Part shown: positions 50,643 to 60,932 of the stretch, piece by piece
Layout: each line of letters opens with the position of its first letter
Numbering within the stretch: position 1 is the stretch's first letter
NCBI GenBank assembly: GCA_040954595.2
Contig: JBECUI020000030.1
Span: 62,001 to 126,000, forward strand
DNA from: Balanoglossus misakiensis
Lineage: Eukaryota; Animalia; Hemichordata
Direction: 5' to 3'
DNA: 64,000 bases
The notes under the pieces: generated by a model
The model's input: the letters and a program-made list of their open reading frames with translations, nothing else
The model's database searches: none
Told to the model about the DNA's origin: nothing
Translations under genes and position numbers: made by a program

Positions 50643-51875
50643 CTATATTAGTTCCGTATGCGACTCGTAATACTTGTAAATAGTACGAAGCGCAGGCATG
50701 CTCTGAAGAAATAGCGTACAGAGTTCCGGGTCAAACTGTTTTCCCTTTCCTCTCATAATTACCTCTACGGCCTCTGCTTCGTTTTGCCCCTGTGCATATG
50801 CAATATCATAGGCGTCGACAAGTGCAACAATACGGCCGGACAGCGGTATTTCCTGTCCTTTTCGACGCAGCACATTCCCGTCTTCGTCGGTCTTCAGTGC
50901 CTTTCCCGTATGTATATCCACATGCCCCGGGTATCCGCTTCCGTCCCAGTGTTCATGATGAGTCAAACTGATCGTTCGGATCATAGTATCAAGTCGCGAA
51001 TGAGTTGAGGCAAACAACAACGCGCCCTTCCACGTATGGGATTGTAATTCCTCTTTTTCAGCAAAGGAGAGAAGGGTAAGATCGTGTTGCCGTACAAGAA
51101 TATTACTGGGTATAGCAATTTTTCCTATATCATGTAGCATGGCGGCCATGCGAATTTTGTCTCGATTAAATTCTATTTTATGCTGTGAAATATTATTTTG
51201 TAATGCCCAGCTTCCGTACAACTCTGCGGCACAATCCGCAACATGGCTGACATGGAGCGGGGTTTCCTGCGGATCATGAAGCTCGGTCATTTTTATCATG
51301 CGAAGAACCATATGACGTAAAAATTGTGCACGTTGTAATGCAAGGGTAGCCATGGATGCAAAATGAGTTAACGAGATGACATCAGATTGACTGAAGGATA
51401 CGATCTTCTTATCATCACTGATCTTGTTTATCACCTGAATAATACCTATCGTTTCGCCCTCTGTAGATTTTATTGGAACTACTAACATAGAAACACTCTG
51501 ATAATTAGTTGACTCATCGAAGAGGGAACTAAACTTAAACGGGAGGTGTGCCGGCAAATTATATGCATCTTTAATTACCACTGTCTTGCCTGTCGATGCA
51601 GCATATCCCGATATTGTTTTCTGATTTATAGGAAAACTAGCACTCTGAACGGGAAGACGGTTAAGCTTGCTTGTTTCCTTGCTTAAAGTATCATTCTGCA
51701 CAAACCGTGCAGTCAGCTCGTTGTTTTCTACTAAATAGATAGTGCCGGCATCAGCGTTGGTATATTGACGCGAGGCAAATAAGATCCGATCAAGCAGTAC
51801 ATCAAAGTCCTGAAGTTGACTGAGCTCCTTGTCGGTTTGTAACATCATCTGAAGTAGATTTTTTGTTTGTTCCAT
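50643..51875 (-). CDS. GAF + HD-GYP domain protein (putative c-di-GMP phosphodiesterase)
   Basis: GAF (ADAGTIY, SML.VP, GIIQVINK), HDIGK, HHEHWDGSGYP. Confidence 0.85.
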   Translation of the reverse strand: MEQTKNLLQMMLQTDKELSQLQDFDVLLDRILFASRQYTNADAGTIYLVENNELTARFVQNDTLSKETSKLNRLPVQSASFPINQKTISGYAASTGKTVVIKDAYNLPAHLPFKFSSLFDESTNYQSVSMLVVPIKSTEGETIGIIQVINKISDDKKIVSFSQSDVISLTHFASMATLALQRAQFLRHMVLRMIKMTELHDPQETPLHVSHVADCAAELYGSWALQNNISQHKIEFNRDKIRMAAMLHDIGKIAIPSNILVRQHDLTLLSFAEKEELQSHTWKGALLFASTHSRLDTMIRTISLTHHEHWDGSGYPGHVDIHTGKALKTDEDGNVLRRKGQEIPLSGRIVALVDAYDIAYAQGQNEAEAVEVIMRGKGKQFDPELCTLFLQSMPALRTIYKYYESHTELI

Positions 51876-51933
51876 ATTCTCTTGCTCCTTAATACCACTA
51901 TGGTATCTTTATAAACATTAGTATATTCTTAAT

Positions 51934-52245
51934 ATGTTTTTTATGAAAGTACGACGTTATATTCGATACTTATTGTCGCAATGTATTGTGGTATATCAGC
52001 GCTATCTATCGCCATTTTTTCCCCCATCCTGTCTCTATTATCCCAGTTGTTCTGAATACACTCGATTAGCGATCCTGCGACATGGTGTTATAAAAGGAAT
52101 TGTTCTCGCGTTTGCACGTATCGGACGGTGTTCGGCAATGTTCACCGGAGGTTCAGACCCCGTGCCGGACAGCTATTCTTGGAAAAATATACGAAAAGAA
52201 TATCAAAACTTTAAGAGAAAAAAGACTACTGAAAAAGACTACTGA
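51934..52245 (+). CDS. yidD: Membrane protein insertion efficiency factor
   Basis: YQRYLSP, C.YYPSCSEY, RI.RC, GG.DPVP. Confidence 0.9.
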   Translation: MFFMKVRRYIRYLLSQCIVVYQRYLSPFFPPSCLYYPSCSEYTRLAILRHGVIKGIVLAFARIGRCSAMFTGGSDPVPDSYSWKNIRKEYQNFKRKKTTEKDY

Positions 52246-52476
52246 ATTTCTCGTAAAGTCATGTTTTTCTTATTGAGATATGCCATTAATCCTGTATTTG
52301 AGATAATACGTAAGCATGCGCTGATAACTTGACTGTAATAAATCGGTTCATTTCGGAACAAATAAACGTTTCCGCTGTACGTTCGGCAATTGCCGGCGCC
52401 GACTTTTATTATGCGCATGGGAAACATTATTACCTGCCATAGGTCCTTTACGTGTTAGTGCACATCTTCTTGCCAT
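52239..52476 (-). pseudogene. rpmB: 50S ribosomal protein L28, two single-base deletions as sequenced (probably intact in vivo)
   Basis: [79 protein letters not shown] read across three frames. Confidence 0.85.
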
Positions 52477-52649
52477 TATGCTTTCCCTGCCTCTTTATAC
52501 ATAACATGTTTCCGAACAAACGGATCATATTTCCGTAATTCCATCTTTTCCCGGCGTGTTTCGTTTATTCTTTGCCAAAAATAACAATGCCCGCTTTCAC
52601 TGCTTTTCAGACGAATCTTTAATATATTGCCCTTCTTGGATTTTGCCAT
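52476..52649 (-). CDS. rpmG: 50S ribosomal protein L33 (non-zinc type)
   Basis: [24 protein letters not shown]...[20 protein letters not shown]; absent from the ORF track (57 aa). The middle has compensating -1/+1 indels, with AKNKRNTP in the shifted frame. Confidence 0.9.
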   Translation of the reverse strand: MAKSKKGNILKIRLKSSESGHCYFWQRINETRREKMELRKYDPFVRKHVMYKEAGKA

Positions 52650-52779
52650 ACTATTACCCTACCACAATTGGTATCAAGAAGTATAGCATATTCATTATCA
52701 TACGTCAAGCATTAATCCATTAAATTAGTCATGCCTAGTAGAATAATTAAGAAAAAACATAGTATTATTACCTACAAGA

Positions 52780-54167
52780 ATGAAACAAGATATAACAGTT
52801 ATGAAGTTTGGAGGAAGTTCTCTTGCAAACGATGTAGCTATAAAAAAAGTTACTAACATAATTAAAACAAAGTATAAGAGTACGAAGGAAATTATAGTTG
52901 TATTATCTGCTATGAAAGGTACCACCGATATGCTTATGCAGGCTGGGGAATTAGCGGGAGACGGCAACCCTGCATATAAGGATACTCTTTCCGGTCTTCA
53001 AGATAAACATACACGTGTTATTGATAAACTGTTTGAAGACCATAATGAGGTCCGACAAGCAGTATCACACTTGTTCTCCGATCTGGAAAAAATTATTATA
53101 TGGCATATACCTCATTAAAGAATGCTCCCCCATTTCTCGTGCCTGTATTGCAGGGTTTGGCGAACAACTCTCCTGTATCATTTTTAGCTATTATCTCAGT
53201 ACTCATACTGTGCCCGCTCGCTATGTTGATGCACGCACAATGATTATTGTATCTTCCACCACAGAAGTCGTTGATACCGCCATTAGCTATGCCGCTATTT
53301 CCGAACAATTACAGGACCGAACGAACATACCAGTTGTTCCCGGCTATATTGCATCAACTGATACCGGGAAGTCCGCAACACTTGGCGAAACGGATCGGAT
53401 TACACCGCAGCACTCATTGGGGCCGCCCTGTCGGCACATGTTGTGGAAATATGGACTGATGTCGACGGCTTCTTTAGTGCCGATCCCAACTATGTCCCAC
53501 AAGCATTTGTTTTACCCAAAATATCCATGCAAGAGGCTATGGAACTTTCACATTTTGGGGCAAGCGGTTGTGCATCCATATACGCTCATTCCCCTTCTCG
53601 AACACAGTATACCTGTTTATGTCCGCAATACATTTCAACAGATCACATGGGCACACATATTGTGCATGAAAAAGTACATCACTCACATGCAATAACCGGT
53701 CTTGCCTCCATTGAACGGGTAGCCATTATTAACATCGAAGTCCACGCATGATTGGGAGCAAAGGCATTGCTGCCCGAATCTTTACCGCTCTGAACCATGC
53801 CGGTGTCAATATAATGATGATCTCACAAGCTTCAAGTGAACATAGTATCTGTATTGTATGTCAAGAAGATGATGTCCCCGCCGCCCTAACCGGTATGCGA
53901 AAGGAATTGGAAAATGACATCCGTACGCAACGTATTACCCATCTGACCCCGGTCTATAATCTTGAAATGGTTGCAATAGTCGGGTTAAACATGCGTGGAT
54001 ACCCCGGCATTGCAGGAAAGTTATTTTCTGCCTTGGGTGATGTCGGAATAAATATCCTCGCAATTGCACAAGGATCATCAGAAACAAATATATCGTTTAT
54101 CATTCAGAGTAATGAACGTGAACTCGTTCTCAGGACGGTTCATCATACGTTTTTTGAAAAGGAATAA
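52780..54167 (+). pseudogene. lysC: Aspartate kinase with two ACT domains, about 5 frameshifts as sequenced
   Basis: VMKFGGSS, SAMKGTTD, TLG./NGSDYTA, IWTDVDG..SADP, EAMELSHFGA, ISQASSE and IAQGSSE spread over four ORF fragments. Confidence 0.85.
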
Positions 54168-55493
54168 TGCTTTTATATAGTACACGAAACCATGCATATA
54201 CCATAACTTTTGATGATGCCGTCCTGCAAGGATTGGCACCGGACGGCGGACTCTTCCTGCCCGTTTCGACTCCCGACCTACGGCATCTTATTGCAGAATT
54301 CGACAGCAAAACGGATTTCAAAACTATTGCTTCGAGTATGTTACAAGCTCTCTTTCCTGAATCTTTTGATGAAAAAAGAGCAGAAGATATTTGCAAACGT
54401 GCATTTCCCTTTGCACCTCGTCTTCTCCCTCTGCGAAAAAATATCTCCCTTTTGGAATTGTTTCATGGCCCATCTTCTGCATTCAAAGATTTTGGAGCCT
54501 CATTTCTTGCCACGATAATGGAAGACTACTCAATAAAAAAGTGGACATGCCAACAATTCTTACGGCAACAAGCGGCGATACTGGGAGTGCCGTCATTCAA
54601 GCATTTCTCAACAAGAAGAACATTATGGTTGTTGTCCTGTACCCCTCAGGGAGAATTAGCCCGACACAAGAGAAACAAATTAGTACCCACAGTGGAAATG
54701 TTGTTGCCGTTGAAGTCCAGGGCACATTGATGATTGCCAACGGCTGGTCAAGGAAGCCTTTAATAATAAGAAACTTAGACAAGAGTTTGCCCTGACATCA
54801 GCAAACAGTATTAACATTGGCAGACTTATTCCACAATCATTTTACTATCTCTACGCAGATACCCGTCTCCAACCGGAAGAACGAACCCGCCGTATTTTTA
54901 CTGTTCCAAGTGGTAACTTCGGCAATCTTACAGCAGGGGTTCTTGCATGGTGTTGGGGAATGTCTGCACCCTATTTCCTAGCAGCAAGCAATGCAAATGA
55001 TGTCGTCCCCCTGTATCTGGAAACTGGTTCCTTTAACCCCAAGTCCTCAGTTCAAACCCTAGCCAATGCAATGGACGTAGGGGATCCAAGTAATTTTGAG
55101 CGTCTGCTTGCCATTAGTGAAGAACAAAACCAGCCAATGACAGAATTTCTGCAAGGAGAAGTTGTACACGACCAGGCCATTAAAGAAACCATACAACAAT
55201 ATTATTCCGAATACAATATTTTCCTCTGCCCCCATACTGCGGCAGGAATCTGCGCGAGTGAACGATTATTACGACGATCGCCGGAAGCACCATATATCGT
55301 TTCGTTGGCAACCGCACATCCCGGAAAATTCGCAGAGATTATAGAAGATTGTACGCAGCTGTCTCCGCCCATACCCGAGAAAATCGCAGAGTTGCTATCT
55401 CGAGAAAAACAAAGCATTTTGGCAGAAGCGACACTTGATGCACTAGAACAGATACTTCGGAATAAATGCAGGTATACACCAGAAAAAACTTGA
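54167..55493 (+). pseudogene. thrC: Threonine synthase, at least 2 frameshifts as sequenced
   Basis: YSTR, GLAPDGGL, ELFHGPSSAFKDFG, ATSGDTG, SANSINIGRL, VPSGNFGN, CPHTA, ATAHP.KF. Confidence 0.88.
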
Positions 55494-55538
55494 CTTAACA
55501 TAATCTTTTATTTTATGCTATTATTAGAATAAAAGGCG

Positions 55539-55611
55539 GTGGGTGTAGTTCAATTGGTAGAGCACCAGACTGTGGATCTGGTTGGTGCGGGTTCAAATCC
55601 CGTCATCCACC
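55539..55611 (+). tRNA. tRNA-His(GTG)
   Basis: Anticodon arm CCAGA-CTGTGGA-TCTGG; G-1 at 55538; C discriminator. Confidence 0.95.
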
Positions 55612-55617
55612 CAGCAT

Positions 55618-55691
55618 GCACCCGTAGCTCAGCTGGATAGAGCGACGGACTTCGGATCCGTAGGTCGCAGGTTCGAATCCTGTCGGGTGTA
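55618..55691 (+). tRNA. tRNA-Arg(TCG)
   Basis: Anticodon arm ACGGA-CTTCGGA-TCCGT; GTTCGAATC. Confidence 0.95.
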
Positions 55692-55701
55692 GCGGGTGTC
55701 T

Positions 55702-55774
55702 GGGCCGTTAGCTCAGTTGGTAGAGCAGCAGACTCTTAATCTGCGGGTCGAAGGTTCGATCCCTTCACGGCTCA
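55702..55774 (+). tRNA. tRNA-Lys(CTT)
   Basis: Anticodon arm GCAGA-CTCTTAA-TCTGC. Confidence 0.95.
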
Positions 55775-55796
55775 TGGTAGTGTGTCGCTTGCGTCC

Positions 55797-55878
55797 GCGA
55801 GAGTGGTGGAATTGGTAGACACGCCAGATTTAGGATCTGGTGCCCTCGGGTGTAAGGGTTCGAGTCCCTTCTCTCGCA
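55797..55878 (+). tRNA. tRNA-Leu(TAG)
   Basis: Anticodon arm CCAGA-TTTAGGA-TCTGG; long variable arm. Confidence 0.95.
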
Positions 55879-55904
55879 GAGTTGACAGACACAAAAGTAT
55901 ACGA

Positions 55905-55976
55905 GCGAGAGTAGCTCAGGGGTAGAGCACCACCTTGCCAAGGTGGCTGTCGCGGGTTCAAATCCCGTCTCTCGCT
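55905..55976 (+). tRNA. tRNA-Gly(GCC)
   Basis: Anticodon arm CCACC-TTGCCAA-GGTGG. Confidence 0.95.
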
Positions 55977-56008
55977 ATTATGAACTGTATTTATTAGAAT
56001 CCTTCTAT

Positions 56009-57427
56009 ATGGGAGAGCAATTGATAACGCAAAAAAAAATTAATAAACTGCCGGCATCAGCAGTAGAACTTACTGTTACAGTCGATGAACATTCTTTAAC
56101 AAAGGAATACAATGCTATTGTTCATTCCATTACTCAAACAGCACATATACCGGGTTTTCGAAAGGGACATATTCCGCCTCGTGTCCTGGAACGCAAGTTT
56201 GGGCAAGCAATAGCAACTGATACTAAGCAAAAAGTCTGTGAACAGGCAATGGCACATATCTTTGAAGACAAGTCCTCTGACTGTCCACGTCCATATTCAC
56301 AACCACAATTAATATCTTCTGATCCAGTTGTACTGGGAAAACCCTTTACCTTTACCGTTAAATACGATGTATTTCCTGAATTGACTCTTGCTGATTATTC
56401 AAACATAAGTATTGATACATATACAGTAGCCGTACAGGATGCCGATGTTGAAGCACAGCTAAAACAGTATCAGGAACAAAATACTATGGTAATGGATAAG
56501 ACCCCACCTGTTATTGCCGAAGGTGATCTGGTAACGTTTGACTATGCTATGCTTGACAGCAATAAGCAGCCCATAGCAGAAACTGCCCGAAAAAAACATG
56601 TGTCGAAAATTATACCAAGCGAAGAGGCATTCGGCCTTCCCATGGACCTTATCGGCATGCAAGCAGGCGACACAAAGATAATTGAGAAGACCACAAACCC
56701 TATTGCAGAAGTGGATGCTAATGCCGATAGCAAAGAAACACCCGGCAAGAAACAGTTTGAAGTGCTGATACATGAAGTAAAAACACTCTCCATACCGGAT
56801 ATTGATGATGAATTGGCACAAGATATTAACGAACGTTTCAACACACTGGATGACTTAACAAAAGACATTAAAGAAAAACTGGCAACATCAACAGAAAACA
56901 TACTTGATAACTTTCATAAACAGCAAATCTTAAATATTCTTACTGAAAAGGCTACTGTAGAAATACCGGAAACAATGATTGTACTGGAACAGGAAAATAT
57001 GCTGAAACAAATGGCATACAGACAGGGGAAAAACCCTGATGAGTTTATTCAAGCAATTGCATCCCAGGATGCAGCATTGAAAAACATTCTGACAGCCATA
57101 CAACCTCAGGCCATCATCAATATAAAACATAATTTGATTTATGATAAACTTATTGATCAGTATTCGATTTCAGTTTCCGATGATGAACTACGGACACATA
57201 TCACTGAACAGTTGGCTGAAGACGCAGATGTCGATAAACACATGGAAGAATATAAAACAAGTGGGATGCTGGAAGCAATACGTTATAATCAAACACAAGA
57301 ACTCGTACGTAAGAAACTCGTAGCTGAATGTACAAAGAAGAATGTCGGCACAATTTCGTACATGGAACTGATAGAAAAAATGAACGAACTTTCCGCCACC
57401 CCACCTGGCAACATAGATAATCAATAA
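56009..57427 (+). CDS. tig: Trigger factor (start ATG 56009 or TTG 56021)
   Basis: [10 protein letters not shown] ribosome-binding motif, FKBP-like middle domain, upstream of clpP. Confidence 0.92.
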   Translation: MGEQLITQKKINKLPASAVELTVTVDEHSLTKEYNAIVHSITQTAHIPGFRKGHIPPRVLERKFGQAIATDTKQKVCEQAMAHIFEDKSSDCPRPYSQPQLISSDPVVLGKPFTFTVKYDVFPELTLADYSNISIDTYTVAVQDADVEAQLKQYQEQNTMVMDKTPPVIAEGDLVTFDYAMLDSNKQPIAETARKKHVSKIIPSEEAFGLPMDLIGMQAGDTKIIEKTTNPIAEVDANADSKETPGKKQFEVLIHEVKTLSIPDIDDELAQDINERFNTLDDLTKDIKEKLATSTENILDNFHKQQILNILTEKATVEIPETMIVLEQENMLKQMAYRQGKNPDEFIQAIASQDAALKNILTAIQPQAIINIKHNLIYDKLIDQYSISVSDDELRTHITEQLAEDADVDKHMEEYKTSGMLEAIRYNQTQELVRKKLVAECTKKNVGTISYMELIEKMNELSATPPGNIDNQ

Positions 57428-57438
57428 AGGAGACCCAA

Positions 57439-58050
57439 ATGCAGCGATGGAATAGCAACCTGGTGCCTATAGTAGTAGAACAAAGCGGGAACGGTGAACG
57501 TTCTTACGATATTTTTTCGCGCTTACTGAAAGATAGGATTATATTTTTGGATGGGGTTATTGATGATATCCATGCAGATCTCATTATTGCACAACTTCTC
57601 TTCTTGGAATCCCAAGATGCAAAAAAAGAAATTAACCTATACATCAATTCGCCTGGGGGATCAGTAACCGCTGGCTTCTCGCTATACGATACCATACAAT
57701 ACATTGCTTCTGATGTCCGTACTATCTGTCTCGGGCAAGCAGCAAGCATTGCCGCACTGATATTAACAGCAGGAACAAAAGGAAAACGATGTATGTTGCC
57801 ATCGTCCCGTGTGCTATTGCATCAACCCTGGGGCGGTGCACAGGGACAAGCAAGTGATATTACTATCCATGCAAAAGAATTGATCCGCCTGAAGAACTTG
57901 ATTATTGAACGTTTTGCCGCCCATACGGGAAAATCTATAGAACAGATCCATAAAGATGTAGAACGAGATTATTTCATGCCTGCACAAGAAAGCCTGGAAT
58001 ATGGTATTGCTGATGAAATACTTCGAGGGAAAACGAATGCCAAACAGTAA
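57439..58050 (+). CDS. clpP: ATP-dependent Clp protease proteolytic subunit
   Basis: [34 protein letters not shown]. Confidence 0.97.
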   Translation: MQRWNSNLVPIVVEQSGNGERSYDIFSRLLKDRIIFLDGVIDDIHADLIIAQLLFLESQDAKKEINLYINSPGGSVTAGFSLYDTIQYIASDVRTICLGQAASIAALILTAGTKGKRCMLPSSRVLLHQPWGGAQGQASDITIHAKELIRLKNLIIERFAAHTGKSIEQIHKDVERDYFMPAQESLEYGIADEILRGKTNAKQ

Positions 58051-59266
58051 TAACCAGACTTGTGTTCTTTGCCGTCGTCCTATAAATCTTCTTCGCCGAT
58101 ACCTTGTTCGGCCTCACATTTTGATCTGTGATGACTGCATTGTTACTTGTAAAAATCTCTTGGATGAAGAAGTGAAAAAACCGCGCAATGATCTATCAGC
58201 GCTTATCCCCCGTCCAAAGGAAATAAAAGAATTTCTCGATCGCTACGTCATTGGTCAGGAACAGGTAAAAAAAGTCCTTTCGGTTGGTGTATATAATCAT
58301 TATATGCGGATGCGTTTCCGAAAACAAATAAATTCCGATGTAGAAACTGAAAAAGCAAATATCCTTCTTATCGGAGAAAGTGGAACCGGAAAGACCTTAC
58401 TTGCCAAGACCTTGGCACGAAAACTGCAAGTTCCCTTTGCCATAGCAGATGCAACAACATTAACAGAAGCAGGTTACGTTGGAGATGATGTGGAAAATAT
58501 TCTGCTAAAACTCTATCTTGCGGCTGGCGGTGATATTGCCCTCGCAGAACAGGGAATTATCTACATTGATGAAATAGACAAGATCGCTCGTAAATCGGAA
58601 AACGTCTCTATTACAAGAGATGTATCAGGTGAAGGGGTTCAGCAAGCATTGCTAAAAACAGTGGAAGGTACTATTGCCTCGATCCCACCACAGGGCGGAC
58701 GACGGCATCCGGGACAGGAAACTATCAGAATGAATACGAGTAATATCCTCTTTATATGTGGTGGTGCATTCGTAGGACTTGATAAGATTGTTGCAAGCCG
58801 TATATCGGCGGGCACTATTGGATTTGCCTCTGAATCACCTACCCATGCAACACAACGTACAAATATGCTCCAGCATATACATCCCGATGATCTTATCCGC
58901 TTTGGCATGATTCCTGAATTTATCGGGCGACTTCCGATAATAACATCCCTTCTTCCATTGGAAAAAAGCGACCTGGTTCAAATCTTGACGCAATCAAAAA
59001 ATTCATTGATGTTGCAATACATTGAACAAATGAAAGTTGATGATGTTCATCTTACGTTCACGCATGAGGCGGTTAAAGCTATTGCCCAACTTGCCATTGA
59101 ACAACATACTGGGGCTCGCGGTCTGAGCTCCATTATTGAAACTATAATGACAGACTTCCTCTTTGATATTGATAATGTCAAAAAAAGCGGAAAAATAACG
59201 ATAACAAAACGACATGTGGTCGAAAAAGAATCACGGAACTCGACTATTGCTCAGCAAAGTGCATAA
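58037..59266 (+). CDS. clpX: ATP-dependent Clp protease ATP-binding subunit
   Basis: N-terminal C4 zinc finger, [41 protein letters not shown] loop. Confidence 0.96.
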   Translation: MPNSNNQTCVLCRRPINLLRRYLVRPHILICDDCIVTCKNLLDEEVKKPRNDLSALIPRPKEIKEFLDRYVIGQEQVKKVLSVGVYNHYMRMRFRKQINSDVETEKANILLIGESGTGKTLLAKTLARKLQVPFAIADATTLTEAGYVGDDVENILLKLYLAAGGDIALAEQGIIYIDEIDKIARKSENVSITRDVSGEGVQQALLKTVEGTIASIPPQGGRRHPGQETIRMNTSNILFICGGAFVGLDKIVASRISAGTIGFASESPTHATQRTNMLQHIHPDDLIRFGMIPEFIGRLPIITSLLPLEKSDLVQILTQSKNSLMLQYIEQMKVDDVHLTFTHEAVKAIAQLAIEQHTGARGLSSIIETIMTDFLFDIDNVKKSGKITITKRHVVEKESRNSTIAQQSA

Positions 59267-59328
59267 CTATTGAAAAAAGATGAGTAAAGCGGTTGAAAAA
59301 TGACTGCGTATGTACCGATAATAGAATT

Positions 59329-59754
59329 ATGAAGTTTGTAGCATTTTGTTTATTACTTTTGGCATTTCTATCTACACCATGGGCACAGGAGGATACAAAA
59401 GAATCCTCCTCTACAACACAACATGTGTATCTGGAAAGGGTATACATTGGTGGATACGGATTTAAGGTAGTTATGAGTGAATTCTCACCTCAAATTAACG
59501 TTCTGTATCTTCCCTATTCTTGGTTTGCAGATGATTGGGGTTCGTTCGCACGTGTTTTCTATATAAGAAGTAATACTATGCCCTATATGACGGTATACTA
59601 TAAAAATGACGTTCCAGCTAATATTCACCTGTATATTCCTGAAAATCCCAGCCATCTGGCGGTTAAATCAATTCTTCCGCATGATCCAAATATTATTGCA
59701 AAGTTTGACCTGGAGCCGGAAGACTTCGTACTATTCCGGAACTTGGATAGATAA
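59329..59754 (+). CDS. Hypothetical exported protein (spirochaete-type)
   Basis: Signal peptide, YLP.SWF motif. Confidence 0.6.
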   Translation: MKFVAFCLLLLAFLSTPWAQEDTKESSSTTQHVYLERVYIGGYGFKVVMSEFSPQINVLYLPYSWFADDWGSFARVFYIRSNTMPYMTVYYKNDVPANIHLYIPENPSHLAVKSILPHDPNIIAKFDLEPEDFVLFRNLDR

Positions 59755-59809
59755 GCTCGAATTGCTCTAAAGACTTTACACATTTTCTTTTTTCATTAAT
59801 ACTAATTAT

Positions 59810-60781
59810 ATGATGAATGTCCCCCCTTCGGTTTCTATCTTTTTTAATAAATTTTCATCCTTTTTTATTGTCGGACATGAAGAACCGGATATGGATTGCA
59901 TTAGTTCCCAACTGGTACTTGCATCCTATCTTCGTAGCTGTGGGAAGCAGTGTTTCCTTTTAAATGTCGGGCCTTTTCGGAAATATGAAACCCAATCCTA
60001 CAAGCGGCACTTTATAACCGAATTATCACCTGCAATTATGGAACAACGCAAGAGATCCGGCCTAATCGTATTGGACTGTTCTCATCTCTCACGATCGGGG
60101 CATTTTGCCACTGATCTTGCTCATATGCCCTCCCTCTACATTGACCACCACACAAATCATACAAAGCAAAGCAATGTAAATAACTATATTGACTCCACTG
60201 CCGCAGCTACCGCATTGCTGATATATCGTATACTCAATGATATGAAGTATCAGCTATCCCAAGAAGATGCAGAATTGATCTTTATGGGTATCGTATCGGA
60301 TACCGGATCATTTCGCTTCCTCGATACGGATAGCAGCGAGGTCTTTGCCGTTGCCGCCGACCTAGTAAACTACGGAGTTAGTCCAGCTGCTGTAAGCGAA
60401 TATCTGGAAGGGAATAAACCCTTTTCGTCCCGACAATTTATTGCACGGGCGATTGCTCAGTCCCGGCAGCTACACCACGGACGATACATTATTACCTGCC
60501 TGAATTATAGCGAGGTACCGGACGGGGAAAAGGATACCAGTATGCTGTACCATATTCTCCTGAATACGAAAGATTGTGAAGCAATTGCGGTCATTAATGA
60601 AACTGCCGAAAACACCTGCAAAGGCAGTCTTCGCTCCAAAGGGTCAGTTAATGTAGCGGCTCTTGCTCGTGCTTTCGGCGGTGGTGGACATACGCAAGCA
60701 GCTGGATTTCATGCTCAAATGCCGCCTACACAGGTCATAAAAATTCTCGAAGAACAATTTGCCGGTCTATTACCGGCATAG
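59810..60781 (+). CDS. nrnA: DHH/DHHA1 phosphoesterase (bifunctional oligoribonuclease/PAP phosphatase)
   Basis: GHEEPDMDC, LDC, IDHH, DTGSF, SLRS, GGGH..AAG. Confidence 0.9.
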   Translation: MMNVPPSVSIFFNKFSSFFIVGHEEPDMDCISSQLVLASYLRSCGKQCFLLNVGPFRKYETQSYKRHFITELSPAIMEQRKRSGLIVLDCSHLSRSGHFATDLAHMPSLYIDHHTNHTKQSNVNNYIDSTAAATALLIYRILNDMKYQLSQEDAELIFMGIVSDTGSFRFLDTDSSEVFAVAADLVNYGVSPAAVSEYLEGNKPFSSRQFIARAIAQSRQLHHGRYIITCLNYSEVPDGEKDTSMLYHILLNTKDCEAIAVINETAENTCKGSLRSKGSVNVAALARAFGGGGHTQAAGFHAQMPPTQVIKILEEQFAGLLPA

Positions 60782-60932
60782 CCTCCTAAAATTACCCCTC
60801 AATTTAATTTTATTGCCTACTCATGCCGATAATTCAATCAAAATTAATAATATGGACGTTAATTAATTCATAGGAATAAACATTATGTTTAATAATTAAT
60901 AGGTTCCATTATTTTACCAAAGGAGGTATTAT

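Noticed and set aside
52220-52246. Tandem 13-bp repeat AAAAGACTACTGA x2 (also AAAACATACGT x2 near 40084-40105)
   Set aside because: Only two copies each with no spacers; simple local duplications, not CRISPR arrays or att sites.
52780-55493. Programmed frameshifting or recoding in aspartokinase/thrC
   Set aside because: Too many shifts in both directions, no consistent slippery motif, and neighbouring ribosomal protein genes are equally affected.
55618-55691. tRNA-Arg(TCG) as an anomaly
   Set aside because: Expected in spirochaetes and other lineages that do not use the inosine ACG isoacceptor; useful only as a taxonomic hint.
55943-56008. N-terminal extension of tig in the ORF track
   Set aside because: It overlaps tRNA-Gly; the real start is at 56009 or 56021.
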